Notes: generated by a model from the sequence alone, not told the origin. A stretch of 64,000 nt of DNA from Blepharisma stoltei ATCC 30299 (GCA_965603825.1 CBFDEM010000004.1:434001-498000), one strand, 5' to 3'. Positions 37,244 through 49,033 are shown, counted from the stretch's first letter. Translations and numbers: made by a program.

Positions 37244-39013
37244 TTAAAGTCTGAATTTTCTTGCAAGTTTCACCAAGCTCAAATAAGCCGCAAAGTGGGT
37301 AAGAACTATCAAAATCGCCATACACATAAATAGCACCCACATTGGCCTATCAAGATCAAAAAAGTCATTAGGGTCGCACATCGGGTCATCTCCGCATTTT
37401 GTTCGATCAAAAGTATTGAACTCATTGATCATTGCAGCTTCCCAAGAGTACTTGAATATTGATAAATATTCAAATTCTATTAAATAGTCTGGAATAAGGC
37501 TTGACTTAATGAAAAAGCCACTAAAAAGCATCTGAACAAGCATCACAAATGGAGACACAGCACTGGAAGCCTGCACACTTGGAATTATAATAACTAAGAA
37601 ATTCCCCCAACCTCTTGAAGCAAGTTCTACCAATGCTGAAATACCCACAAAAATGAAAATCTGTTCAGCGTTATCTAAGCTCAAGCCCACACCTAAGTAG
37701 ACCAGAATGTTGACGAAAACTCTAATAAGCACATCAATAGGCATCTCAAAAAGAACCTTGCTCATGTAATATGACAAAGGTCTGTAAGCTTTACTTGACT
37801 GTTCTCTAATGAACATTGCCTTTTCGTCTGCATATGCTCCTGAAGAGTTGACAGCACTAAAGCCAGTAAACATAAGCATAAAGAACATGACTCCAGATCT
37901 ATTCCACACACTGCTTGAGCTGCTTCCATCACACACCTGGTAGAAGACCATAAGTGAAAGTATGACGAAAGCGAAGTTGGCGACCACTTTGAAGAAGAAA
38001 ATCAGCTTGTTTCTTGCAAGATTAATCCAGATCCTTTTGCCTAGAGCATAAACTTCTTCGACCATCGTTGATTCTTTAGTCTGTAAAGCACCTTTGACAC
38101 TTTTTTCTTCAATCACCCCGTCCCATGGGATGACACCTTTTCTGAGGACTTCCATTCTTCCTTCATAAGTATCATCAATTGGACTAAGTAATCCCAAAAG
38201 ATGCTCAGCTGGGTTCTTGTATTCTCCACAAGGATATCCCAATTCACCAAAATGGCTTATGGCATCTCGGGCATCTCCGTGGAACATGACTGAGCCGCCT
38301 GCAAGAAGTAAGACTTGGTCAAAAGCTGCATATATGAAGGAGTTTGGCTGATGGATTGTGCAGACCACTGTAATTCCAGTCTTCGCTAAGTCATTTAATT
38401 TGTCGACCAAGTTTTCTGAGTTGTAGGAGTCAAGTCCAGTTGTGGGCTCATCCAGGAAAAGGATTGCAGGATCCGTAAGCATTTCAATTGCTATGGAGGT
38501 CCTCTTCTTTTCTCCTCCTGAAATGCCCTTTTTTAGTACACCTCCGACTTCGGATTTACGACAATTATGGAGTTCTAAATCTTTAATGACTTTTTCCACA
38601 CGGTCTTGCCAGACGTCGGCAGGAAGTCTCAGCTTGGCTGTGAAGTTCAAAACTTCTTCAACAGTCATTGCTTCCATGATAACATCGTCTTGCATGACAT
38701 ACCCAGTAATTGAATTAAAATCAATGGACTTTCTGGGATGGCCATTGACCAAAACTTCGCCTAACACTTTGAGGCCTTTTAAGTAATAGTGGCGGTTTGA
38801 AAGGAAGTTGAGCATTGTGGTTTTGCCACAACCTGAAGGACCTAAGATGGCTGTGAAGGTCCCGGCTTTCATTGTACCGCTAACTTTATTGATGATTGTT
38901 TTATCATCTAGAGGAAGGTTTTCTTTCATTCTTCGCTTCTTCTCTGCTTTTGTGAGTGGGCACATGACAGAAAGGTCTTGCCAAGTAATATCTACACCTG
39001 TAATCTCGGACAT
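37244..39013 (-). CDS. ABCG (White-like) half transporter, copy 1
   Basis: GPSGCGKTT, ISGGEKKR, LFLDEPTTGLD, TIHQP; NBD-TMD order. Confidence 0.95.
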   Translation of the reverse strand: MSEITGVDITWQDLSVMCPLTKAEKKRRMKENLPLDDKTIINKVSGTMKAGTFTAILGPSGCGKTTMLNFLSNRHYYLKGLKVLGEVLVNGHPRKSIDFNSITGYVMQDDVIMEAMTVEEVLNFTAKLRLPADVWQDRVEKVIKDLELHNCRKSEVGGVLKKGISGGEKKRTSIAIEMLTDPAILFLDEPTTGLDSYNSENLVDKLNDLAKTGITVVCTIHQPNSFIYAAFDQVLLLAGGSVMFHGDARDAISHFGELGYPCGEYKNPAEHLLGLLSPIDDTYEGRMEVLRKGVIPWDGVIEEKSVKGALQTKESTMVEEVYALGKRIWINLARNKLIFFFKVVANFAFVILSLMVFYQVCDGSSSSSVWNRSGVMFFMLMFTGFSAVNSSGAYADEKAMFIREQSSKAYRPLSYYMSKVLFEMPIDVLIRVFVNILVYLGVGLSLDNAEQIFIFVGISALVELASRGWGNFLVIIIPSVQASSAVSPFVMLVQMLFSGFFIKSSLIPDYLIEFEYLSIFKYSWEAAMINEFNTFDRTKCGDDPMCDPNDFFDLDRPMWVLFMCMAILIVLTHFAAYLSLVKLARKFRL

Positions 39014-39969
39014 TTGTATTATATTGGAGAAAAAAAAATGGTTAAGAAATCAATGTGTTTGGTAACAGTTTTTCAAAAATTTAAAGATTTAAGAAGAATT
39101 TTAAGGAATTATAAAAGACTAAAAGAGATTTAGCTTAAAATTGCTAAAGTTGAGCATATTGAAGGATATTTAAAAATTTAAATTTTATCAAGATTGGAAT
39201 GCTCTGAATGAGTAAAAAACTTCATATAGTCCTGAGAATGCAATGGGCAGCGATTTGGTAGAATTCTGCGGTTAAATCCAAAGTTTTATTTTTGCTGCTG
39301 GAGAATTTTTTTTTTTTTAAATTTTTAAGAGCTTGAAGAAAATAATTTCTTAGGACTAAATACTCTAGATTTTTTAAAAATTCTTATTCTAGCAATTGAA
39401 AAGAAAAGGATTATTAGCAATCAGTCAGTCAGTTCCATTTTTTTGGAAGGTATGCATGTAAAAACCATAGCAAAATGAAACAATTTCAAGTAAAAATTTG
39501 AAATTTTTGGGAAATCGCTTTTTGCAATAAATAAAAATTCATTGGTTTGATTTTATATAATCAATCTTTTTAGTAGATATTTTATCAATTATAATGTTTT
39601 ATTTTTAGCCCATTCTTAAAGTCTTTTGTTTAGTTATTTAAAAGCTGCCTTTCTTTAATTTTCTGGACGAAGGATTAAGCCAAAACGCCCCATAATTCTT
39701 GAGAAATGCCCCAAGATTATGCATTTTCAAGGAATTTTCATGTGAGATAAAATAAATTATAACTAATTTTTAATTTTGCACATTGAATAGCTATTTTTTG
39801 ATTTGTTTTAAAGTCAGGGTTTTCATGCTCTTTTCCCGTCTAGATTTATAATAAGTCTACACTATAATCTTCATTTTTAGCTATTTGAGTTCAATCTAAT
39901 AAAATTCTTCTTTCCTAATATTTAGAACTTATAGATCACTCCAGATGCCTTCCTTAAGCCAATTAATAA

Positions 39970-40332
39970 ATGGCAGCAAGATTTACATGGACTCAACTGA
40001 TGACATGGGAACGAGAAGCAGTTAGAAGGCGCGTTCCATTGGAAATTTCTGGACTTGTAACAAGAGCAGAGCTCCCAAACAATAGATCGATCCTTGGACC
40101 AACAGTGACGTACGAAAGAAATGGTGAAAAGACTCTTCTTACCCACAGGGCAAGAGCTCGCTGGGGAATGTGGCTCCTTTTCTTCTTAGGCGGGTACCAG
40201 GTTAACAGACTGATGAAGGTTGGTTGGGACAACGAGCAAGAGCACCATAACTTTGAATTTGACAACATCGTCTATGACAAGCTCTCATGTCGCCAAGTTC
40301 CATATCATGAATCCGTGTTTGGATACCCTTAA
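39970..40332 (+). CDS. Orphan 120-aa single-TM protein, copy 1
   Basis: Three collinear paralogues with conserved protein sequence and synonymous divergence. Confidence 0.85.
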   Translation: MAARFTWTQLMTWEREAVRRRVPLEISGLVTRAELPNNRSILGPTVTYERNGEKTLLTHRARARWGMWLLFFLGGYQVNRLMKVGWDNEQEHHNFEFDNIVYDKLSCRQVPYHESVFGYP

Positions 40333-41090
40333 GAATAACTTATCTTTAAGTTACTTTAAAATCTATATATATTGAGCAAATTATAAAGAATGGAGAATTA
40401 AAAGTTGTTGCTATTCGATTTTATGAACCTTTAGCACGTAAAATCTCAAAAATCTGTAAGTCAATCGCCTAAAGATAAAACAGCTCTTTATGGCATAAGT
40501 ATTTTTACTAAGGAAAAGTAAATAATATCAGATTAACGAAAACTTATATAATTTTGCTTGATCAATTTCAAATTAAGGTAAAATTAATACAAATAATCAT
40601 AGGAGAAGGCTAAATAATCAATTTTTATCCCAGAATCTGTTTGAGCTAATGATTTTTTCTTCTTAGACATTTTATTAATTATAAATTATTTTATATTTTA
40701 ATTGCTATATATAAATAAACCCAAATATCACTATTATTTTATAAAATATTTTATGCTTAAAATGTTTATATATTCATAGATTTAATTTTGATATTTTATT
40801 TAGCAATTGGAGTTGCACATTTTAGAGAAAATGATTAGAGCTAGATTGCTTAAATTTACTGTTTCTCTGCACTTGAAAAAAAATGATAAATAAAATCCAA
40901 GAGATTATCCAATACCTCTCAATGAATTGCTTTTAACACTCAATTAATTATAGCAAAGAAATAGCGTATAAAGAAATAGATTTCAGACATAAAATATTTA
41001 ATGGCAATAAAATGGTCTAATAGGCGTTTACTAAAATGGCTGGACAAGCAAGTTATTAGAAAATGGCGAAATTACCTGCAATATTAGAAA

Positions 41091-41450
41091 ATGCCAAAAT
41101 TTACATGGACTCAGCTTATGACTTGGGAAAGAGAAGCTGTTAGACGACGTGTCCCATTGGAAATCCCAGGTTTGATACCAAGAGAAGAGATTCCAAACAA
41201 CAGATACTTGATACGTCCAGGTGGAAGCTTCGAAAGAAATGGGCAAAAGGTAATTTTTAACCACATTTCAATGGTAAGGATTGGATTTTTTGCATTATTT
41301 TTCTTAGCTGGCTACCAAGTTCTAAGACCTGCAAAGTGGGGATGGGAAAATGAAATTGAGCACCATAACTTTTCATTTGACAACTGTGTCTATCCTAAAT
41401 TGTCTAGCAACATGGTTCCTTATCACGAATCGGTTGTTGGATTCCCTTAA
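41091..41450 (+). CDS. Orphan 119-aa single-TM protein, copy 2
   Basis: FTWTQLMTWERE...FFLAGYQV...VPYHESV conserved. Confidence 0.85.
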   Translation: MPKFTWTQLMTWEREAVRRRVPLEIPGLIPREEIPNNRYLIRPGGSFERNGQKVIFNHISMVRIGFFALFFLAGYQVLRPAKWGWENEIEHHNFSFDNCVYPKLSSNMVPYHESVVGFP

Positions 41451-41947
41451 AGCTAATAGCTTTCCTTTCTTTAAATAAAAAATATGCTATTGAGATAATA
41501 TATTCTTTACTTGAAAACAATAAATTGAATTTTAACTGTCCAATTGCATATTTTAATATTGTAATAAAATTGATTTTAATAATATAGGATCTTGATCAGA
41601 TAAGCCCAATTAAGCAACATTTTAATAGCTCTTCAATTATAATAATTTCTATAGCTTAGTTTTTATGATCATTTTATTTCAAGCACTCTCAAGGATGTTT
41701 TTTAGATACTATCAATTTACATATTTAAATAGAATAGCTATGAATTTAGATTTAATGGTAATAAATAGTCTGATGAGAATCTGCCAAAATGGCTAATAAA
41801 ATATTTACTTGAAAGTCTTGAATAAACTATTTGATATTGATAACTAGAATTGCATCACTTCCACAAATAAATTATTAGATTGTTAAATTTATTCTTAATT
41901 TGGATTAAATGATAAATTCTGTGTAGATTAAATAATAAAATTAGAAA

Positions 41948-42307
41948 ATGCCCAGATTTACCTGGACTCAGCTTATGACATGGGAAAGGGATGCCCTCAG
42001 GCAGCGTGTTCCATTAGAAATCCAGGGATTAATACCAAGGGAAGTGCTCCCGAACAATAGATATCTAATCCTATCTGGAGTGACCTTCGAAAGAAATGGA
42101 CAGAAAGTAATATTTAATAACATTGCAATGATGAGGATTGGCTTCTTTTCTTTCTTTTTTTTGGCTGGATATCAAGTACTTAGAGAACAAAAATGGGGAT
42201 GGGAAATGGAGCAAGAAAATCATAATTTAGAGTTTGACAATACCGTCTATCCTAAATTATCATGCAACATGGTTCCATATCATGAATCCGTGGTTGCATT
42301 TCCTTAA
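41948..42307 (+). CDS. Orphan 119-aa single-TM protein, copy 3
   Basis: Same conserved motifs as copies 1 and 2. Confidence 0.85.
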   Translation: MPRFTWTQLMTWERDALRQRVPLEIQGLIPREVLPNNRYLILSGVTFERNGQKVIFNNIAMMRIGFFSFFFLAGYQVLREQKWGWEMEQENHNLEFDNTVYPKLSCNMVPYHESVVAFP

Positions 42308-42569
42308 AATTATATTTTCGCTTTAAAATTTTTCAATTTAATAATATTTTTAATCTTCGATTTGAATTTTTATTATTTATCTCACTCTTTCAATATGAAT
42401 TATTCGCAATTTATCGCTTATTTAACATAGCAATATATTCAGTAATGATTTTAATTACATTAAAGTTTAAAAAAGAGTTTCTTTCAATCCTTTGATTATT
42501 TTAGTACTCTACTTTATAGATTTTTATGGTTTTCTAACTATTAATTTTAATGCTAATAAGATTACTTTG

Positions 42570-45500
42570 TTCAAGTTCAGATTCTTGTGGTCTTAGCATG
42601 GATTAACAACTCTGAATAACTCTAGGTAAGACCGGCCTAAGTATCAAACTGTCCATGCCCCCAAGTCCCTTAAGCTAAAAGACTACGTTAAGAGTAACCT
42701 AAAAGAGAGATATGGAGAGAAGATTAGGCTGTGGCGTGATAAGGGAATGAATCTAATTATGTATGTCGACAAAAAGGATGAAAATCAAATACTCATAGAT
42801 AGAGCTCTATATATAAACAACAGAGTGTATATGAGGCTAAGACCAGTAATTGAAAAAGGTATCATTGATCCCAGATACTACAGGATTAAAATTAATTTAG
42901 ACTACAGATTATCGACAGAACTGGCGATCATAGACCTAGAAAAAAAAATGAAGGATATGGGAAGTGGAAATTGAGACGGATTTTGGAATAGACAATGGAG
43001 CCATTGTAGCTTATGTGTGGTTTGATTCAATTAAGCAAATATATGCTCTGGAAAGTACCCTAGAGATAACGCGGACACGGTGCCACATCTCGCACCAATG
43101 GAGCTACACTTGTAATGTATGCAAGGGATGTGGGCACTTTGAAAAGGGTTGTCAGGATGTGAAAGACATGAGGCAGATCAAGGAGAGCATAGGCAGAGAA
43201 GCAGAGGTGGTAGAGAGGCAAAGATTCATGAGTACACAGGTCTATTACTGCCAAGCATTAATAAAGCCTGATATCATCATAACAAGTATTGATTGTACAA
43301 GACAGATTATAACTATGCAATATCAGAGAGGGGTAATGACATCAAGAGAGGAGGCTGAACTTGAAGTAGCAGAAGGTGAGAGTAAAGAGGAAACATTTGT
43401 GAGGTTGCTGAAAGAATTAGAGATATAAAAGTTTGCCATATGCAGTGTAGGAGTTGAAGAATTAAAAAAGCTTCCTATCAGGCAACTTATATACACAAAC
43501 TCAATAAGTCAATTTCTGGTTGGTCGCAAGACAGACGGATGCATAAACGTGCACATGGAGGGGGGGATGTACAAACTGGGAAAAGGAAGGCAAATGATTA
43601 TGATGAAAATGCCATCTGCAAAAGGGTCAGACTTGACAAAAGTAAATGAACGCAAAGTTAAATAGCAGACTACTTTCCGACTAGTCCTAAGACTGAGGAA
43701 GCTGAAGATGCCCTGAAGATTCTGCATCTCAACATCTGTGGACCGGTGAACAAAATAGAGCTACTGGGGAATCTATTGAAGCATAAGAATATAGACGTAG
43801 CGGGTCTGTGTGAAATATACAAAAGTAATAAAGACTTCCTAAGAATTGACGGATACAGATGGATTGGCAATGAGGGTACGGAGCACAGCTGTGGGGTAGG
43901 TTTTCTCGTCACGGAAGGACTGATGGAAAGCATCAAGCTTGTAGGTGCGGATGTAGAGGAGAAAATGAGAGCAAGGATCATAGCTATAGAAATTGGAAAG
44001 ATAGCAATAATTGAGTGCTACTCACTAGTAAATTCGGACACAACTGAAATGAAAAGAGACTTTATGAGGAGCTGGCAATGCAGGTATCACTAGAAAAGAC
44101 AAAGGGACTAGAGGTGGCGGTAATTGGAGACACGAATGCTCATATAAGAGGGCACAGATCTGATGAAACTAATGATAATGGGAAATCGCTTATAAAGGTA
44201 GCACACAAGATTGGGCTTGAGATACTTGAGTTGGACAACATAACTTTCACAGGAAGGAGAGGGAAGCCCAGCTGCATTGATTATTTATTAATCACACATG
44301 GTATAAGGAATAGGATAAAAAATGAGCAAATACTAGAGGATAACACAATTAGCTCTGATCACTTGCCAATATATGCTCAGATAAATACTGATAATATTTT
44401 TAAGCGTAAGATGGATAAGGAAGTATTTCGTTTAGATTTGTTGGACGATGAGGATAAGCGGAAAGAATATCAGGATGAGGTAGAAAGAATTGCTGAGACT
44501 ATTAATTTTTCGGACAATCCAGATGCCTTATATAAGGAGATAATCAGAATATTCATAAGTGCAGTCAGAAGCACACTAGGTACCAGAAAAAGGCAGAAGC
44601 CTGCACTGCCGAGATCAATAGTAGATAAACTGAGGTTGGCTAAGCAAATCTACACAGCTGCTTTGGAACTAAGGGCTGGACAAATAGATAAATACATCGA
44701 ACTTGAAAAGAAGCATGACCAGGTGCATCAGGATGTCCGAAAAGATATAAAGAGGTGGAAGAAGATGAAGGAAATAGAGAGGAGAATACTTATGCAGCAA
44801 TCAATGACCCAAAAGATAGCGTGGAAAACCTATAGGTTATGCAAAAGAGGCTGAAGTGGAATGCAAGCTAACTACTATGATGATGAAGTGAAAAGCACAA
44901 TAGACTGGTGGAAGAGCATATATAGGGATGATGACTGAAATGGATGATGAAAGTGTGAAGAGCAACAGGAATGACAGATAACTCTAGAAGATGTACGTGA
45001 ACAAGTACAGTCGATTAGAAACGGAAAAGCTAAAGGGCCAGATGGAGTAGCGGGAGAGTTAATCAAGTATGGCGGACCTACATCTTGTAGGCTTATCCAT
45101 GCTCTAATGGATTTAATTTGGAGAACTGGGGAAATACCTGTAGCACTAAAGGAGGCGTATGTAATTCTGCTACCAAAAAAAGGGAATAGTAAACAACCAC
45201 AGGATCAAAGACCAATAACACTGGTAAACTCAATGTTTAAAATCTTAGACAAGATGATAGCAAAAAAATTGTAGAGTGAGGTCACAAGTTCGAGCATCAT
45301 TGATGAGGTGCAAGGAGGATTTATGACGCAGAGAGGCTCGGCTGATCAGATATTTACTCTGGATACTATAATCAATCATATAATGACAATGGGTGTCTCC
45401 ACATGATGTGCTTTCCTTGATATTCGAAAGGCATTTGACTCAGTTCCGAGAAGGTTATTGTTGGAAACATTATTAAGAAAGGGAGTGCAAGGTAAGACCA

Positions 45501-47046
45501 TAAACATGATCAGCAGCATGATACAGGATGAACGGAGCTCAATAATAATAAATGGACGACCGCAAGAATGGATAATAATACAAAAAGGTGTTAGACAGGG
45601 TGGGTGTGTGTCGCCACTGGCCTTCAATTTCATACCAAATGAGCTAGCCATCAGAATAAAGCAAACTAACCTTAGGGTGCAAATAGATCAGGAGACAAAT
45701 GTAGGACTGCTATTATATGCGGATGACATAGTCTTGTTATCTGAGACGAGGTCTAAACTGCAGGACTTATGCAACATAGTTAGCGAGTGAGCTGAGAAAT
45801 ATTAATTGAGTATCAATGAAGATAAGTCGGAGGTTATGTGTTTTGGTAACTCTGGAAGAAGCTCTATCAAAATAAATGGGAATTGATTAAAAACAACAAA
45901 TAGCTTCAAATATTTAGGGTTCATCATGGAAAAAAGAGTCAAAAACGCTAAGCATGTGAGAAATAGGCTCAAATCGATGAAAGTAGCATGCGGAGCATTT
46001 ATTGGTGTATTAAAGGCACTGGAAGGAGTAACGATAGACACTAAAAGAAATGGTGCAAGCTCGTGTGAACTCCATAGCGCTTTATGCAACAGAAGCAGCG
46101 TCACGTGAAGAAATAACTGCGAAGATTTTGGCTGAGATGGAGAAGACGCAACGGAGGGGATTAAGACTAATTTTGAATTCAGCACAATCTACAGTTAATG
46201 AGACACACTTACTAGATCTAGGCATGCTAACAATAAAAGCATTACTTGATAGAAGGACGATGCTATTTAGAGCTAAAGTGATGAATGCAAAGACAGGTAG
46301 TTTAATGCAAAAAATAGTGAAGATAAATTATGAGAATGAACTAGGGTGAGAAAGTAGATGCAGGTGCATTATGGAGGATTATGGCCTGAAAGACTGTGCA
46401 GGGCTGGGCCCAATGGGTTTGGAATCGTGGAAAAGTATGTGCAAAGAACCATCTGGAGAGTTGACAGGGAGAGATGCATGAGCAGGCTGCAAGAGGAAAC
46501 ATGAAAGGCCACATCATTATTCTGAGATATAAACAGAGAACCATGGGGAGTAGCAAAATACATGAAGCTAAACTCCAGCGACATAAAGGGGATTAGAGAA
46601 TTGTTCAGGCTAAGGGCAGGATGAAATCACACAAATGCATGCCAGTATATTAGGCATCAGGCAAATAGCATGGAATGTGAGTATTGCAGATGACATAATC
46701 AGGATGTGAAGCATCTTATTGAAGATGCCCCAAATTCAACAATTAAAGAACTGATTTATTGATCAAACTGAAAAACTTAATAACTGGTGAGATTGATAAA
46801 AAATTAATAGATGTTGTGTTAGATTCATGGAGATATGAAAAAATGAAGTCAACAATTAGGATGAAGGAAGAATAAGTAAGAGAGGTGGATGCAGCTGTCA
46901 AAAGCTTTATAAAAGAAATTGCAAAGATTAGAAAGAATAAGGCGTTTAGGAACTCTCTGCCCGCAACATCTTGACACCAAAACCCTCAAGAATGTGTAAA
47001 CTTCTCTGAACTGAGTTCAGCTGTAGGACCGTGGTCCTACCCCTAA
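42570..47046 (+). mobile_element. Near-full-length degenerate non-LTR retrotransposon (LINE): ORF1 with CCHC knuckle; APE endonuclease, reverse transcriptase, C-terminal CCHC
   Basis: CNVCKGCGHFEKGC; APE motifs LKILHLNICG, DVAGLCE, GDTNAH, IDY, SDH; RT motifs KAKGPDG, RPITL, FLDIRKAFDSV, GVRQGGCVSP, YADD, FKYLG; CEYC..HLIE(C)P. GC higher than flanks. 5' boundary approximate. Confidence 0.93.
47006..47040 (+). repeat. Two adjacent perfect inverted repeats at the LINE 3' end
   Basis: ctgaac-tga-gttcag (47006-47020) and gtaggac-cgtg-gtcctac (47023-47040). Confidence 0.8.
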
Positions 47047-47224
47047 ATGCCATTTTAAATTGCCTTCTATCTATTGAAATTTTTCTAATTAAAATATTCA
47101 TAACTTTAATTAGGTTTAAAGAAGAAAAATTAATTGTGCTTCAACCAAAATTTTACTATTAAATTCATAATAAGCCATTTTTAAGTGATTTCTAAGTCAT
47201 CTTTTTTCTCCAACAATAAAACTA

Positions 47225-48994
47225 ATGTCCGAAATCTCTGGAGTAGATATTACCTGGCAAGACTTTTCTGTGAAAGGTCCTCTCTCTAAGACAGAAAAAA
47301 AACGCCGTCTTAAAGAAAATCTTCCTATTGACGATAAGGTCATCATCAACAATGTCAGTGGAACTATGAGAGCAGGGTCCTTCACAGCCATCATGGGACC
47401 ATCAGGCTGTGGAAAAACAACCATGCTTAACTTTCTTTCAAACCGTCGTTATTATCTCAAAGGTCTAAAGGTAACTGGTGACGTTTTGGTCAATGGAAAC
47501 TCGCGAAAATCCATTGATTTTAATTCTATCACTGGTTACGTCATGCAGGACGACGTCATCATGGAATCGATGACTGTTGAAGAAGTCTTGACCTTTACAG
47601 CCAAGCTTAGGCTTCCTGCTGAAATTTGGAAAGACCGTATTGAGCAGGTTATCAAAGATTTAGAGCTTCACAATTGTCGCAAATCAGAAGTAGGAGGAGT
47701 TCTGAAAAAAGGTATTTCTGGAGGAGAAAAGAAAAGAGTTTCGATAGGCATTGAAATGCTTACTGATCCAGCTATTCTGTTCCTTGATGAGCCTACAACT
47801 GGTCTGGACTCTTACAACTCAGAAAACTTAGTCGACAAATTAAATGACTTAGCTAAAAAAGGAATCACAGTGGTCTGCACAATCCATCAGCCAAATTCTT
47901 TTATTTATGCAAGCTTTGACCAGGTCTTGCTTTTGGCCGGAGGGTACATGATGTTCCATGGAGATGCAAAAGATGCAATAAAACATTTCGGCGACTTAGG
48001 TTTTCCATGCCCAAAATTCAGCAACCCAGCTGAACATCTTCTAGGACTACTTAGTCCGATTGATGATTCTTATGAATCAAGAATGGAGATTTTCAGCAAT
48101 GCGATTGTTCCTGATAACGAAGTCGTCGAGCAACGTGAAGTGCGGCATGCACTACAAACAAAAGAGTCTACCTTTTGGGAAGAACTAATGGCTTTAGGTG
48201 GACGCATTCTTAAAAATCTCACCAGAAACAAACTCATTTTTGTATTTAAAGTCGTTGCAAACGTGATTTTTATTCTCCTGACCCTGATGGCTTTCTATCA
48301 GATCTGTGATGGGCACAGCTCAACGAGTGTATCTGATAGAGCTGGTGTGATTTTCTTTATCCTTGTGTACATTGCTTTTATGGCTGTCAACTCTTCAGGA
48401 GCCTATGCAGACGAAAAAGCAATGTTTATAAGAGAGCAAGCAAGTAAGACCTATAGACCTCATGCGTATTATTTAAGCAAACTCCTTTTTGAAGCACCAG
48501 TAGATATTATCGTCAGGGTTTTGGTCATCTTTTTGGTCTATCTAGGTGTTGGTCTGAGCTTGGATAAGGCTGAACAGATTTTTATTTTTGTGGCAATTGC
48601 GGTGCTTGTAGAGCTCGATGCAAGAGGCTGGGGTAATTTCTTAGTCATTTCAATTCCTAATATTCAAGCAGCTTCTGCAGCGGCGCCGTTCTTATTGATT
48701 GTGCAACTTCTTTTTGCAGGATTTTTCATCAACTATAACAATATTCCAGATTACTTAATCTGGCTTGAATATATGTCGATGTTTAAATACTCATGGGGAG
48801 GAGCTATGATTAATGAATTTAACACTTGGGACCAAGCAAAATGTGGCAGCAATCCGATGTGTGACCCTAACGACTTTTATGACCTTAAAATTTCGTTAGG
48901 GATGAATATTTTAGCATTGGCAATTTTGGCTATTGGAACTCATGGATTTGCATATTTATGTTTGGTCAAGTTGGCAAGAAAGTTCAGACTTTAG
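47225..48994 (+). CDS. ABCG (White-like) half transporter, copy 2
   Basis: 589 aa, collinear with 37244-39013, same ABC motifs. Confidence 0.95.
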   Translation: MSEISGVDITWQDFSVKGPLSKTEKKRRLKENLPIDDKVIINNVSGTMRAGSFTAIMGPSGCGKTTMLNFLSNRRYYLKGLKVTGDVLVNGNSRKSIDFNSITGYVMQDDVIMESMTVEEVLTFTAKLRLPAEIWKDRIEQVIKDLELHNCRKSEVGGVLKKGISGGEKKRVSIGIEMLTDPAILFLDEPTTGLDSYNSENLVDKLNDLAKKGITVVCTIHQPNSFIYASFDQVLLLAGGYMMFHGDAKDAIKHFGDLGFPCPKFSNPAEHLLGLLSPIDDSYESRMEIFSNAIVPDNEVVEQREVRHALQTKESTFWEELMALGGRILKNLTRNKLIFVFKVVANVIFILLTLMAFYQICDGHSSTSVSDRAGVIFFILVYIAFMAVNSSGAYADEKAMFIREQASKTYRPHAYYLSKLLFEAPVDIIVRVLVIFLVYLGVGLSLDKAEQIFIFVAIAVLVELDARGWGNFLVISIPNIQAASAAAPFLLIVQLLFAGFFINYNNIPDYLIWLEYMSMFKYSWGGAMINEFNTWDQAKCGSNPMCDPNDFYDLKISLGMNILALAILAIGTHGFAYLCLVKLARKFRL

Positions 48995-49033
48995 ATAATT
49001 TTAATACAGTTTATTATTATGAATTAATTATAA

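Noticed and set aside
47040-47047. cccctaaa as a telomeric repeat or telomere-targeting signature
   Set aside because: A single imperfect unit with no tandem array.
42525-47100. Target-site duplication around the LINE (e.g. ttttctaa)
   Set aside because: Only short AT-rich matches, not adjacent to both ends and expected by chance.
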